Positions 21,329 to 29,633 of a DNA stretch of 64,000 bases are shown one piece after another; the first letter of the stretch is position 1; the number at the start of each line of letters is the position of its first letter. The position numbers and the translations under genes are program-made. Location: IMG/VR virus record IMGVR_UViG_3300045988_101135, positions 66,762 to 130,761 of that record; one strand, 5' to 3'. The notes beneath the pieces are model-generated. The model searched no databases, was not told where the DNA came from, and saw nothing but the letters and a program-made list of their open reading frames with translations. This stretch comes from a virus.

Positions 21329-21742
21329 ATGAGACGAAGATTTCAAATAGGGATGGGGGTAAATCCCTCGCTTATAATCAATAAAGGCATATACATCCAA
21401 CATGTAGATGGAGGATTATATACAAAAGAAAATTGGTCTAATAAAGGATATTCCAATGATCTATGCAATGGAATAGCTCTTGTAGATAAAGTGTGTTTTG
21501 TTATAGCCACCGAATATATTGGCACATTTAGTTGGGGTAAGGATGGAAGAGTAGACAATGTATTTGCACAAAATAGTTCTTATATGGAGACCGTTAAAAA
21601 GGATTATTGGGGGCGTGAAAATCAGAATGCGTATCTTGAATATGATACCAGTAATGAAAATTACGCTTTTAATAAAGCTAATAGCTATTTATTTAAAAAT
21701 GGTCAAAATGGATATGTAGGTGGCGCCGGAGAGTTTTTTTGA
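21329..21742 (+). CDS. MRRRF-family small protein B (137 aa)
   Basis: ATG at 21329 (MRRRFQ); the track ORF starts inside the terminator. C-terminal block LEYDTSNENYAFNKAN...NGQNGYVGGAGEFF is paralogous to protein A at 4583. Confidence 0.55.
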   Translation: MRRRFQIGMGVNPSLIINKGIYIQHVDGGLYTKENWSNKGYSNDLCNGIALVDKVCFVIATEYIGTFSWGKDGRVDNVFAQNSSYMETVKKDYWGRENQNAYLEYDTSNENYAFNKANSYLFKNGQNGYVGGAGEFF

Positions 21743-21945
21743 TATCATTGTATGCGAATGAAATAAACGAATGCCTTTTAATGGTAGGAGGTACGATAAT
21801 GAGTAATAAAATGTGGACATCCACTCAATCTACACAATTTACCTATTCGTGGTATTATGATATAAACATCCAAGGAGATCATTTGGATACAAGTACAAGG
21901 AGTAATCCACGTTATGTCCGCCCCTTTACCGAATTAATTTTATGA
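21739..21945 (+). CDS. hypothetical small protein (68 aa)
   Basis: Small ORF bridging two MRRRF genes. Confidence 0.3.
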   Translation: MISLYANEINECLLMVGGTIMSNKMWTSTQSTQFTYSWYYDINIQGDHLDTSTRSNPRYVRPFTELIL

Positions 21946-21949
21946 AATT

Positions 21950-22687
21950 ATGAGAAGAAGATTTGAAAATAATGCTAAACTATATGAGTATAAGATAGTT
22001 AGCAATTGTATAGGGGGGAGGGTAATCGTAGAAGGAAAGAAAGTAGGCACCATTCCACAGGGCGGGCAATTTATCTTTCTGTCTAAAAAAGAACGGCTGG
22101 ATTCCATAAGTGTCCAAGGCGGTGTTCCAATGGAAGATAGGCAAGAGATCGATAGTCAGGTTGATACGACAGAGGAATTGCTTGAACAGGATTCGGTGGT
22201 TCTTGCTATTGCTTTAACAACCTCTCCTTATTATGGATTTAGAGTAAGTGTGATAGCACCTGATGAGTTTACGCTAAGAACAACCAATAGGATTAATAGA
22301 ACCTTTTTAATAACAAGCTTTACTCCACCTGCTGCTATATACGGTGTAAACTTTGGTGATCCTATTGTCCTTAATTATGATAGTTACCAATATGAGATGC
22401 CAGATCTTGTAATTGATGGACCTCATGATAGAATAGTTAGGGCAGATCCTAATCTTACTTGGGTTGTAAGATGTACAGACGCCGACTTTAAACCTTTGCC
22501 ATATCCAGAATCATGGTCTGGCCAAGGTTTAAATTCTATGTTCTTATCAGATATGAAACGTCTTGCTCCTGGTGATCATCATGTATCATATACAGCTTAT
22601 ATTAATTTGGACTTGATAAATGATGGCGGAAGTAAAGTTCATACTGAATATCTGATATTAGAAGAAACACTTAATTTTACGATATGA
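21950..22687 (+). CDS. MRRRF-family protein C (245 aa)
   Basis: Starts MRRRFEN; last gene of the plus-strand block. Confidence 0.55.
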   Translation: MRRRFENNAKLYEYKIVSNCIGGRVIVEGKKVGTIPQGGQFIFLSKKERLDSISVQGGVPMEDRQEIDSQVDTTEELLEQDSVVLAIALTTSPYYGFRVSVIAPDEFTLRTTNRINRTFLITSFTPPAAIYGVNFGDPIVLNYDSYQYEMPDLVIDGPHDRIVRADPNLTWVVRCTDADFKPLPYPESWSGQGLNSMFLSDMKRLAPGDHHVSYTAYINLDLINDGGSKVHTEYLILEETLNFTI

Positions 22688-22690
22688 CAA

Positions 22691-22729
22691 CAATCCCCAA
22701 CCGTACGCCTATTGTATGGTTGGGGATTG
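22691..22729. terminator. 12-bp perfect hairpin at the convergent junction (caatccccaacc / ggttggggattg)
   Basis: Inverted repeat with a 15-nt loop exactly between the last plus-strand gene and the last minus-strand gene; the U tracts are weak. Confidence 0.45.
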
Positions 22730-22776
22730 TTGTAGTTACCATCTTTTCTTGTATAAGCAGAACATGAAATAAGTTT

Positions 22777-23265
22777 CTAAGCATTAACTTCATGACCTCC
22801 CCTATCTGTGAAAACTAAACCAATACCTTCTATGATATGTCCTACTACAGGAGCTTTGTCAAATTCCTCCTTCGTAGCCCAAGTAGCATTATCAGGCATA
22901 AGATCCTTGAATGCGTCCGAAACATCACCTTGACACCAGCAGTTATTTGATGTAACAATGCCTTTCCCTTCGATATTGATATACATTTTTCTTCCACCAC
23001 ATCCAAGGCTGTTCCATCCGCTCGGTACGTTTTCCACCATAGGCTTAAGCACCCAGCTTTCACCGTCTATCCTAACCCATCCTGGATCGTCTTTGTGCTT
23101 GTCGTACAAGTTTTGCCAAAAAGAGCATTCGTAGCACCACCCCCTGTCTTCCATGACAGTTCTTATCTCACACCTTTCAAATCCATCTGCATCCATCGTG
23201 TGCGGAGAATGAGGCTGGTGAGGAGTGCCACATTTTGGACATATGAGTTTTAAATTCTTTTCCAT
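22777..23265 (-). CDS. Cys-rich zinc-ribbon protein, paralog of 42630..43073
   Basis: Shares ICPKCG, DGESW and FKDLxPDNAxW blocks with the 147-aa ORF at 42630. Confidence 0.55.
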   Translation of the reverse strand: MEKNLKLICPKCGTPHQPHSPHTMDADGFERCEIRTVMEDRGWCYECSFWQNLYDKHKDDPGWVRIDGESWVLKPMVENVPSGWNSLGCGGRKMYINIEGKGIVTSNNCWCQGDVSDAFKDLMPDNATWATKEEFDKAPVVGHIIEGIGLVFTDRGGHEVNA

Positions 23266-23266
23266 A

Positions 23267-23503
23267 TTATTTAACTTTTACGATCTTAATAGAATCTCCG
23301 ATATTGTATTCCCCTTGGTATCCAACGAATTTTATAAGCCTATTATTATAAAATATTGAAATTCTTTCGTCTTTACCATAATACATTATACATCCATCTT
23401 CTAAAGGACGTAAATCATATATAACCCATCCGTTATTAACCTGACTATCATCATGCGAACATGATGATAACACAAGTGCCATCAATAAAATAAAATACCT
23501 CAT
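23267..23503 (-). CDS. small putative lipoprotein (78 aa)
   Basis: N-terminus MRYFILLMALVLSSC resembles a signal peptide with an LSSC lipobox. Confidence 0.5.
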   Translation of the reverse strand: MRYFILLMALVLSSCSHDDSQVNNGWVIYDLRPLEDGCIMYYGKDERISIFYNNRLIKFVGYQGEYNIGDSIKIVKVK

Positions 23504-23510
23504 ATTATTT

Positions 23511-23702
23511 TCAACATAAAAATTTATAACCTGTTTTTACAGCTTCCGCTTCTTCTCTCGTATCAAACATTAAGATAGTAGTTGATTCTGTACCTTCACA
23601 AATGTAAGATACTTCCACCCACCACCTAAAAATTCCAGAGCCATAATCATCATAGTACGGCTCAGAAAGAATCTCTTCTACATACCCATCCAAATAATTC
23701 AC
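23511..23702 (-). CDS. hypothetical small protein (63 aa)
   Basis: ORF in the minus array. Confidence 0.35.
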   Translation of the reverse strand: MNYLDGYVEEILSEPYYDDYGSGIFRWWVEVSYICEGTESTTILMFDTREEAEAVKTGYKFLC

Positions 23703-24421
23703 GATCGCTCCTCCTTATTTTTAGATTCTGCCTCTTCGAGTATGCTGATCACCTTATCAACAATATCCGAATCAGACATTTTCTCAATAAAAACATCCAT
23801 TGCCTTAGTTATATCATTGGCTTCTTTTTCTTCAAGAGCTATTTCCCCACCGGTAATAGCATCAGATAATGATGTAGATAAGTGTCTTATCTTATCAATG
23901 CTCATAAACGTAAATGGATTACCACCCCAGCCACCACCCATTTCTTTCATGATCTGATATCCACCTGAGATAAGTCTGCCTGATGTCGTGGCCAAGGAGG
24001 ATACGATTAGGGACAGTACCGCCGCTTCCGTCCGCTCCTCGGACACACCCCTCGACCACACGGCTGCCCTTATAGCGCCGGCCAGGTCGTCTATGTATGG
24101 CATGAGGCAATCCTCCATCGCTTGTGTTATATCAGCTATAACCTCACTACGCTCTTTATTTATGTAGTAGATAGAAGCATTGTACCTCTTTATCTCTTTG
24201 TCCATATCATTTAAAAGACGCTTGATATTGTGCTTATACATAGGACTGGTTTTAATTATTTCCTTTAGTTTAAGAATGTAATTATAAGCCTGGTCGTTTA
24301 CGAATAACGTCATGGTCTCAACCGTTGAATGAAGCGTGTTAAGACTGTTAAGAATCTTATCGAAATTGTTTATCAAATAAGCTTTTCTGGCTTTTGCTGC
24401 ATAGTTAATCATCGCATTCAA
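23699..24421 (-). CDS. hypothetical protein (240 aa)
   Basis: ORF in the minus array. Confidence 0.55.
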   Translation of the reverse strand: MNAMINYAAKARKAYLINNFDKILNSLNTLHSTVETMTLFVNDQAYNYILKLKEIIKTSPMYKHNIKRLLNDMDKEIKRYNASIYYINKERSEVIADITQAMEDCLMPYIDDLAGAIRAAVWSRGVSEERTEAAVLSLIVSSLATTSGRLISGGYQIMKEMGGGWGGNPFTFMSIDKIRHLSTSLSDAITGGEIALEEKEANDITKAMDVFIEKMSDSDIVDKVISILEEAESKNKEERS

Positions 24422-24935
24422 ATTTTAGATTTTCAAGTTCATTCAATTTTTTCTTAATAAATTCGATCAGGTGCGCTCTCCGTTCCTCTGCATGTTTTAA
24501 AGCTTCTTCTTTGCTCTCAAAAGCATCCATTCCTATTTCATAAGGAGTGAACCTATCAGGGATGTCGGCTAACAAAAGACCACCATACTCTTCTATTTTA
24601 GCTTTTACTTTTCTTATTATACCGTTTCTCAGGCACGCATCCGTAACCCATATAAATCTATCACATTCTTCTAATTCCCTTTCGTACAATTCATACCATT
24701 CCGGCTTAGGGAATCTTAATGTGAATCTAATTTCGGTATCTTTCTCTAAGACATTAATATCATATGCCTCCGGCCACAGTTCTTTTATGCTGTCTTCATC
24801 TTCAGCATACGCTACCAATACAAATGAATTATCGGATTCTGCACTACACCAATATGGATATTTTATAGGCCATTTGACTGGACGGTAGTCGTTGTCGCAG
24901 TCGGATTTTTTAATGTAAAATCTTGCTCTAATCAT
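24405..24935 (-). CDS. hypothetical protein (176 aa)
   Basis: ORF in the minus array. Confidence 0.5.
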   Translation of the reverse strand: MIRARFYIKKSDCDNDYRPVKWPIKYPYWCSAESDNSFVLVAYAEDEDSIKELWPEAYDINVLEKDTEIRFTLRFPKPEWYELYERELEECDRFIWVTDACLRNGIIRKVKAKIEEYGGLLLADIPDRFTPYEIGMDAFESKEEALKHAEERRAHLIEFIKKKLNELENLKFECDD

Positions 24936-24942
24936 ATCGTTG

Positions 24943-25254
24943 CTAATCTAATAATTTTTCTATTTTAATTAATTTTGATGATAGATACATATTCCATTTT
25001 CCTCTGCCTCTGTCACCTTTTTCGTTTTGTTTTTGGATTGTCAAGTACAGATCTCCGTCTTCACATACTTCAACTTTTTTCAAGAAGCCTATCATTTCAT
25101 CTCCTGTTTCGTGTAAAATACGGATCTTATCTCCTTCTTTTAACCCATAATTGGAATCAAAGTATTCTTTTTTGATTCTATCAATATTGTCTTTATGGTT
25201 TTTTATAGCATAAAGCTCTTTTCTTAATAAATAATTTAGTTGTTCTATTGTCAT
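24943..25254 (-). CDS. hypothetical protein (103 aa)
   Basis: ORF in the minus array. Confidence 0.45.
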   Translation of the reverse strand: MTIEQLNYLLRKELYAIKNHKDNIDRIKKEYFDSNYGLKEGDKIRILHETGDEMIGFLKKVEVCEDGDLYLTIQKQNEKGDRGRGKWNMYLSSKLIKIEKLLD

Positions 25255-25808
25255 TTCTTTTCCTCCTTGTTTAATGGTATCAACCCTTTTCCATGCTTAT
25301 CATACCACAGCATAGCTATACAGTTCCATGCACATTGTGCAAGATGAAAACATCCTGTATCGGAATCCACTCTTTCCCCTTTCATGTATTCCATTAGGTG
25401 TCTGGCAGCCGCAGCACGATACCGTTCAAACCCGTTGTCAAGGTTCTGCCATTTATTGGGTCCGTACTTCTTTGCACCAGCATGATAGACTCTTACAATA
25501 TCCTCAATCTCTTTCATTGGAAGCAAATCCCATCGTAGTTTGTCGTCAATGATGTCATTTTTCACCGATTTGTTTTCTATGGGGTCTTTGGTAAGAATAA
25601 TATCCATAATATCCGTTTCTATGACGAACGTCTCCCCATTGCAACAAACCTCAGCATATTTATCATTTACTTCTATGTCTGATACTGCCTCCGCTATAGC
25701 TCCTTTGACGATTTTAAATTCGGCACTGATTATATCATCTTTTAATATGCGAAAAATAGATCCTTTTGGATAAAGGATATTTTTAGTATTATCATCCATC
25801 TTTTCCAT
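25251..25808 (-). CDS. dATP/dGTP pyrophosphohydrolase-like protein (DUF5664-type domain)
   Basis: RWDLLP...YGPNKW...RHLMEYMKGERVDSDTGCFHLAQCAWNCIAML matches the conserved R-D-L-P / YG-x-NW / RH...GE-x-D-x-ESG-x-HLA signature of the phage dATP/dGTP diphosphohydrolase N-terminal domain family. Confidence 0.6.
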   Translation of the reverse strand: MEKMDDNTKNILYPKGSIFRILKDDIISAEFKIVKGAIAEAVSDIEVNDKYAEVCCNGETFVIETDIMDIILTKDPIENKSVKNDIIDDKLRWDLLPMKEIEDIVRVYHAGAKKYGPNKWQNLDNGFERYRAAAARHLMEYMKGERVDSDTGCFHLAQCAWNCIAMLWYDKHGKGLIPLNKEEKK

Positions 25809-25860
25809 TGCTTTATCGTTGTTTTACCTCATTTCGATAGCAATATAATCCATCTTCGTC

Positions 25861-26148
25861 TTATACCCTATCATTTCTGTTTTTCTCAAAATACTGTTTT
25901 ACGGCTTCAATCGCCTTATCGTCATCAAAAGCCTCTACAAACCCCTCATAGAATCTATTTCGCTCCATAGAGAACGTATTGCTTCCATCCGGAATGGTTC
26001 TGAACACAACTACCTTCTCTCCATCTACGTTCGTTCCTATGATGTTGTTATGGAGAATAATAGAATACCGCCCAGAGTTTTTGTTCTGGACGACACTATG
26101 TTCGAGATTGTAGAGTCTAAGTAGTTCTCTTATTTCTTTTACTCCCAT
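25861..26148 (-). CDS. hypothetical protein (95 aa)
   Basis: ORF in the minus array. Confidence 0.45.
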   Translation of the reverse strand: MGVKEIRELLRLYNLEHSVVQNKNSGRYSIILHNNIIGTNVDGEKVVVFRTIPDGSNTFSMERNRFYEGFVEAFDDDKAIEAVKQYFEKNRNDRV

Positions 26149-26149
26149 A

Positions 26150-26917
26150 TTATTTTACGTTTTTAGAAGTTACAGCCTCTTCTCCCCATTTCTTTACATA
26201 TATAGATCTCATCATGTTCATTAAATTAGAGAAAGAAGAGATGGTTCCCATCTCTATGCAGAATGCAAGATTAGACTGTAGGGTTTCAAGTTCTTTCAAC
26301 TGCTCCTGTGTAGCCCTATTTCTTATCATGCTTTCATGCTCATTAAATACAATCCAATTTAAGCCTTTAGCCATCTTGGAGTAATCGGCATCCGGAAATC
26401 TTGATATAGCTCTTGATAGGACATTGTATTTATCACCTGCCTCTATTCGGTTTAAGATAAGCTTATCTGTTAACCACGTAACAACCTCAGCATACAACAT
26501 AGGGTTTAGTTCCATAGCTACAAGCACCCATATATATGGATTACACATAGTTCTCCTATTCTCTCCTCTACCCATTGTCTTATAAGCTCCCATTTTTTTC
26601 ATCACTTTTATAAGTGACTCTTTTTCAACAGATTGTATAAAACCAGGAAATCCTGATTCTATCTTATATCCTTGTTTTTCAAGGATATAGTAAACACGTT
26701 CCGCACTCTCCTTATTAGATAGGATATTCTCTATTCTCTTTTCATTCCACCCCATCTCAACCCTCTTCTTCGTATAGGCTTCCTGAAGGTCTGTTAAGGA
26801 CATAAACGAAGTTTTAGTGTCCTGCTTAATTATTACGCCAAATAATTCTCGGTCTTTTGATACCATTGTAACATTTGTTTTCATAAAATATAACACATAA
26901 AAAATAATACGATACAA
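26150..26917 (-). CDS. KilA-N/Bro-N-like DNA-binding domain protein (tentative)
   Basis: The segment NPYIWVLVAMELNPMLYAEVVTWL resembles the C-terminal KilA-N signature. The true start is probably the internal Met at 26884 or 26866, because the track start sits inside a terminator hairpin. Confidence 0.4.
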   Translation of the reverse strand: MYRIIFYVLYFMKTNVTMVSKDRELFGVIIKQDTKTSFMSLTDLQEAYTKKRVEMGWNEKRIENILSNKESAERVYYILEKQGYKIESGFPGFIQSVEKESLIKVMKKMGAYKTMGRGENRRTMCNPYIWVLVAMELNPMLYAEVVTWLTDKLILNRIEAGDKYNVLSRAISRFPDADYSKMAKGLNWIVFNEHESMIRNRATQEQLKELETLQSNLAFCIEMGTISSFSNLMNMMRSIYVKKWGEEAVTSKNVK

Positions 26918-26933
26918 AAATATGTATCGTATT
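26896..26933 (-). terminator. hairpin aatacgatac-8nt-gtatcgtatt followed (on the minus strand) by attttttat
   Basis: Perfect 10-bp stem; the A-run on the plus strand at 26898-26904 gives a T-run on the minus strand, downstream of the 26983..27345 gene. Confidence 0.5.
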
Positions 26934-26982
26934 ATACTTATACAAATATACTGTGTTAAATTTTATTATTGTATTTTTTATA

Positions 26983-27345
26983 CTATGCGCCTATCGCTGC
27001 CTCTAAATTCCCTATAATACCAGTTTCTATGTCATCGATTTTATCATCAATGGTTGAAACCGCATTCTCTAAATCCCCTACAATACTTTCCATATCATCA
27101 ACAACCGCCTCCATATTAGCTACAGCCTCATCTGATTGATAATATCTTTCTGTATCTTGTAATGACTCCGGCATATTGTCTCTTGCTTCTGTCTCCTCGT
27201 CTAAAATCATATCAACATCATCCTTGGCTGAATCCAAATTATGCCTGACCTCTAACAGCTTTGATTTGATAAACTCAAGATCTGTTTTATGCTTTTCCAA
27301 ATTGGAAATAATATCCTCTATTTTCTTACGTCTTTTGCTGTTCAT
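26983..27345 (-). CDS. acidic coiled-coil protein (120 aa)
   Basis: ORF; Asp/Glu-rich and helical. Confidence 0.5.
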   Translation of the reverse strand: MNSKRRKKIEDIISNLEKHKTDLEFIKSKLLEVRHNLDSAKDDVDMILDEETEARDNMPESLQDTERYYQSDEAVANMEAVVDDMESIVGDLENAVSTIDDKIDDIETGIIGNLEAAIGA

Positions 27346-28763
27346 GCTTTTATCCTATTATAATATTCGATAATCTTTTCTTTCCTATCTCCCGGTTTTA
27401 CCGCCATATTCTCAGCCAAGAACCTAAAATACGACACCGGTATGTCCTTGAATCTAATTCCTTCATATTTTCCAAACCACATTATTATACTGTCAAGATC
27501 GTCTTCTCTCCTACCATCTCCATTCACAGATTTAATCGAGGCTGCCCGACGAAGGATCTCGTCTTTGGTAATAATATCACCCATCCTTATATTAGACAGA
27601 AGTTGATCGCCGGCAAACATACACCAGCCCTTAGAAGGGAATTGCTCGATTGTCAGGTCTTCTATCCGACCAAAGCGCCTCATGTTGTCGCAGCAGTCAA
27701 CTATCAGCGCCTCTTTCTTGTCAGGATGGATGCGGACGCACCTGCCGAGCACCTGGTAATATGTTGAATATGAGAATGTTGGTCGTCCAAACATCACACA
27801 ATCAAGTTCGGGAAAATCAAATCCGGTAGCAAGCGTTGAATAATTAAAAACCACCTTCAACTTACCTTCTTTGAAATCGGATATGATTTGCTCTCTTTTC
27901 TTTTTGGTTGTTAGCGATGTTACGACACCGGTTATGGCTCCCATCCTGGCATTCATGAACTCTGATATTCTATTACATGATTCGATAGAATCCATGCAAA
28001 CCAAAATAGCTTTACGCTCGTTCATAAGTTGAAGAAGGCGCTTGTAGATAGAGTTGTTTAAGCCGTTTCGTACGATGCTTTCTTTAATAGATTCGTTGGT
28101 ATATTCGGCTCCGGTACTGTTTAATATCAGAGCCGATTCATCAAACGACCATCGTTCGTACTTAAGAGGGCACCAAAATCCCTGAGAAGTTAGCTCTTGT
28201 ATTTGAGTCACATGAACTATCTTCTTAAAGAAATTATGCTCGTCTTTCGTCAGCATATTAAGTTTGCTGTAGTTTCCTTCCAGCATGGAGCTGTAGGTCC
28301 GGAGGCGGCAGGGCGTGGCGGTGAAGCCCAGCACCTTCGCCTCTGGGAACCTGTTCATAAACTCCATAAATTCAGAACCTTCTTCAGGAGAATACCCGCT
28401 ATGCACCTCATCTATCAATAATGTGTCTATCCCTATATCTTTCAACCTTGCTACGTCTTTCTTTATGCTTTTAAGTGTAGCATAAGTCATAGCCGATAAC
28501 TCTTTTTTTTTACATGAAGCAGAATATATGGTAGGTTTAGAACCGAATGATACAGCCTTCGCATAATTCTGCTCCAGAATCTCTTTAGATGGCTGTAATA
28601 CAAGGATAGGTCTTTTTAATTCATGAGCTATCTTGCTAATTATCAAAGACTTCCCCGCTGCACACGGCAAGACTTCTATGCCAGGCTTCTTAGATCTTCC
28701 TGTAAGGAACTTAAGCCCGGCATCTACTGCCTCTTTTTGGTAAGGTCTAAGTTCAAAGCCCAT
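27342..28763 (-). CDS. superfamily-2 DEAD/DEAH-box helicase with C-terminal DUF3820-like tail
   Basis: LRPYQ (Q motif), PCAAGKS (Walker A), LLIDEVH (DEVH box), GFTATP (motif III), QVLGRCVR (motif VI). The C-terminal MWFGKYEGIRFKDIPVSYFRFLAEN resembles the DUF3820 motif. Confidence 0.8.
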   Translation of the reverse strand: MGFELRPYQKEAVDAGLKFLTGRSKKPGIEVLPCAAGKSLIISKIAHELKRPILVLQPSKEILEQNYAKAVSFGSKPTIYSASCKKKELSAMTYATLKSIKKDVARLKDIGIDTLLIDEVHSGYSPEEGSEFMEFMNRFPEAKVLGFTATPCRLRTYSSMLEGNYSKLNMLTKDEHNFFKKIVHVTQIQELTSQGFWCPLKYERWSFDESALILNSTGAEYTNESIKESIVRNGLNNSIYKRLLQLMNERKAILVCMDSIESCNRISEFMNARMGAITGVVTSLTTKKKREQIISDFKEGKLKVVFNYSTLATGFDFPELDCVMFGRPTFSYSTYYQVLGRCVRIHPDKKEALIVDCCDNMRRFGRIEDLTIEQFPSKGWCMFAGDQLLSNIRMGDIITKDEILRRAASIKSVNGDGRREDDLDSIIMWFGKYEGIRFKDIPVSYFRFLAENMAVKPGDRKEKIIEYYNRIKA

Positions 28764-29130
28764 CGCAATCTATTTTACTGTTTTTTGAAAGTTCTATTAT
28801 CGCCTCTTTCAACATCTCCCTTGCTTTATCTTCGTTATCTTCAAGCAAGCATACACTGCACGATATGCCCATACGATCCCCATAAGCCTCGGCATTACCT
28901 AATGTGAATGCGCAGCAGTAATCATAATCCATGTTTTTTGCTACGGCAATAAACTGATTATCTTCTATCAGTACAGCATATTCAGCATCAGTTTCACACA
29001 TGATAATGGCTTTATCTTTTTTTATAGACAACACCTTGTTTCTGAAAAGTCCGTTATAAATCCATAGTTCTTTTCCTGTATTTTTATAAAACACAGCCAT
29101 ATCTTCCTTGATTGTGACTTCTTTTTTCAT
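28753..29130 (-). CDS. hypothetical protein (125 aa)
   Basis: ORF in the minus array. Confidence 0.5.
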   Translation of the reverse strand: MKKEVTIKEDMAVFYKNTGKELWIYNGLFRNKVLSIKKDKAIIMCETDAEYAVLIEDNQFIAVAKNMDYDYCCAFTLGNAEAYGDRMGISCSVCLLEDNEDKAREMLKEAIIELSKNSKIDCDGL

Positions 29131-29133
29131 GAC

Positions 29134-29463
29134 TTACTTGTGTTTAACATCAGTAATTAAAATGTATTTTTTAACAATATCTTCAAGACTCACAGAAGAA
29201 CGTATATATGGTTTTTCTTCGTACTCATATAGAACGTACCCTTCTTTTATGTCTAATATCTTAATCACATGCTTGCCTCTTTCAAATGGATCCTCAAAGT
29301 AGTTCTTATGTTCGTATCTTTGACCTACTTTGATTTTGTCAGTTTTCTTCTTCATCTTATAACGATCTACTGCTCTACCTGTTTTTATGAAAGCTGTCGT
29401 GAGCAAGTATAATAAAACTAAATACAAAAGGATCGCTACTCCACATATTAGATCTTCTTTCAT
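29134..29463 (-). CDS. membrane-anchored small protein (109 aa)
   Basis: N-terminal hydrophobic helix ICGVAILLYLVLLYLLTTAFI. Confidence 0.5.
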   Translation of the reverse strand: MKEDLICGVAILLYLVLLYLLTTAFIKTGRAVDRYKMKKKTDKIKVGQRYEHKNYFEDPFERGKHVIKILDIKEGYVLYEYEEKPYIRSSVSLEDIVKKYILITDVKHK

Positions 29464-29633
29464 TGGACTCCCTTTAAGTAGTTAAACCATATATCCTCCA
29501 GCTTCTCCTGAAGTTCAAATGCTTTCTTGAAATTCCCACATCTTACAGCAACGTCTCTCATGTATTCTACGTTTATAACTTCCGGATCTTGCCGGTATTT
29601 TGTTCTTAACTTTTGAACGTCCTCGTATTTCAT
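29460..29633 (-). CDS. unlisted 57-aa ORF (MKYEDVQKLRTKYRQDPEVINVEYMRDVAVRCGNFKKAFELQEKLEDIWFNYLKGVQ)
   Basis: Hand translation shows that it fills the 166-nt gap exactly. ATGA overlaps both the upstream stop (29630) and the downstream start (29463). It is below the 60-aa cutoff of the supplied track. Confidence 0.45.
   Translation of the reverse strand: MKYEDVQKLRTKYRQDPEVINVEYMRDVAVRCGNFKKAFELQEKLEDIWFNYLKGVQ

Noticed and set aside
21743-21949. Stop-codon reassignment (MRRRF genes B and C are in the same frame)
   Set aside because: Several different stop codons (TGA, TAA) interrupt the frame between them, and long ORFs elsewhere end on all three stops; no evidence for recoding.
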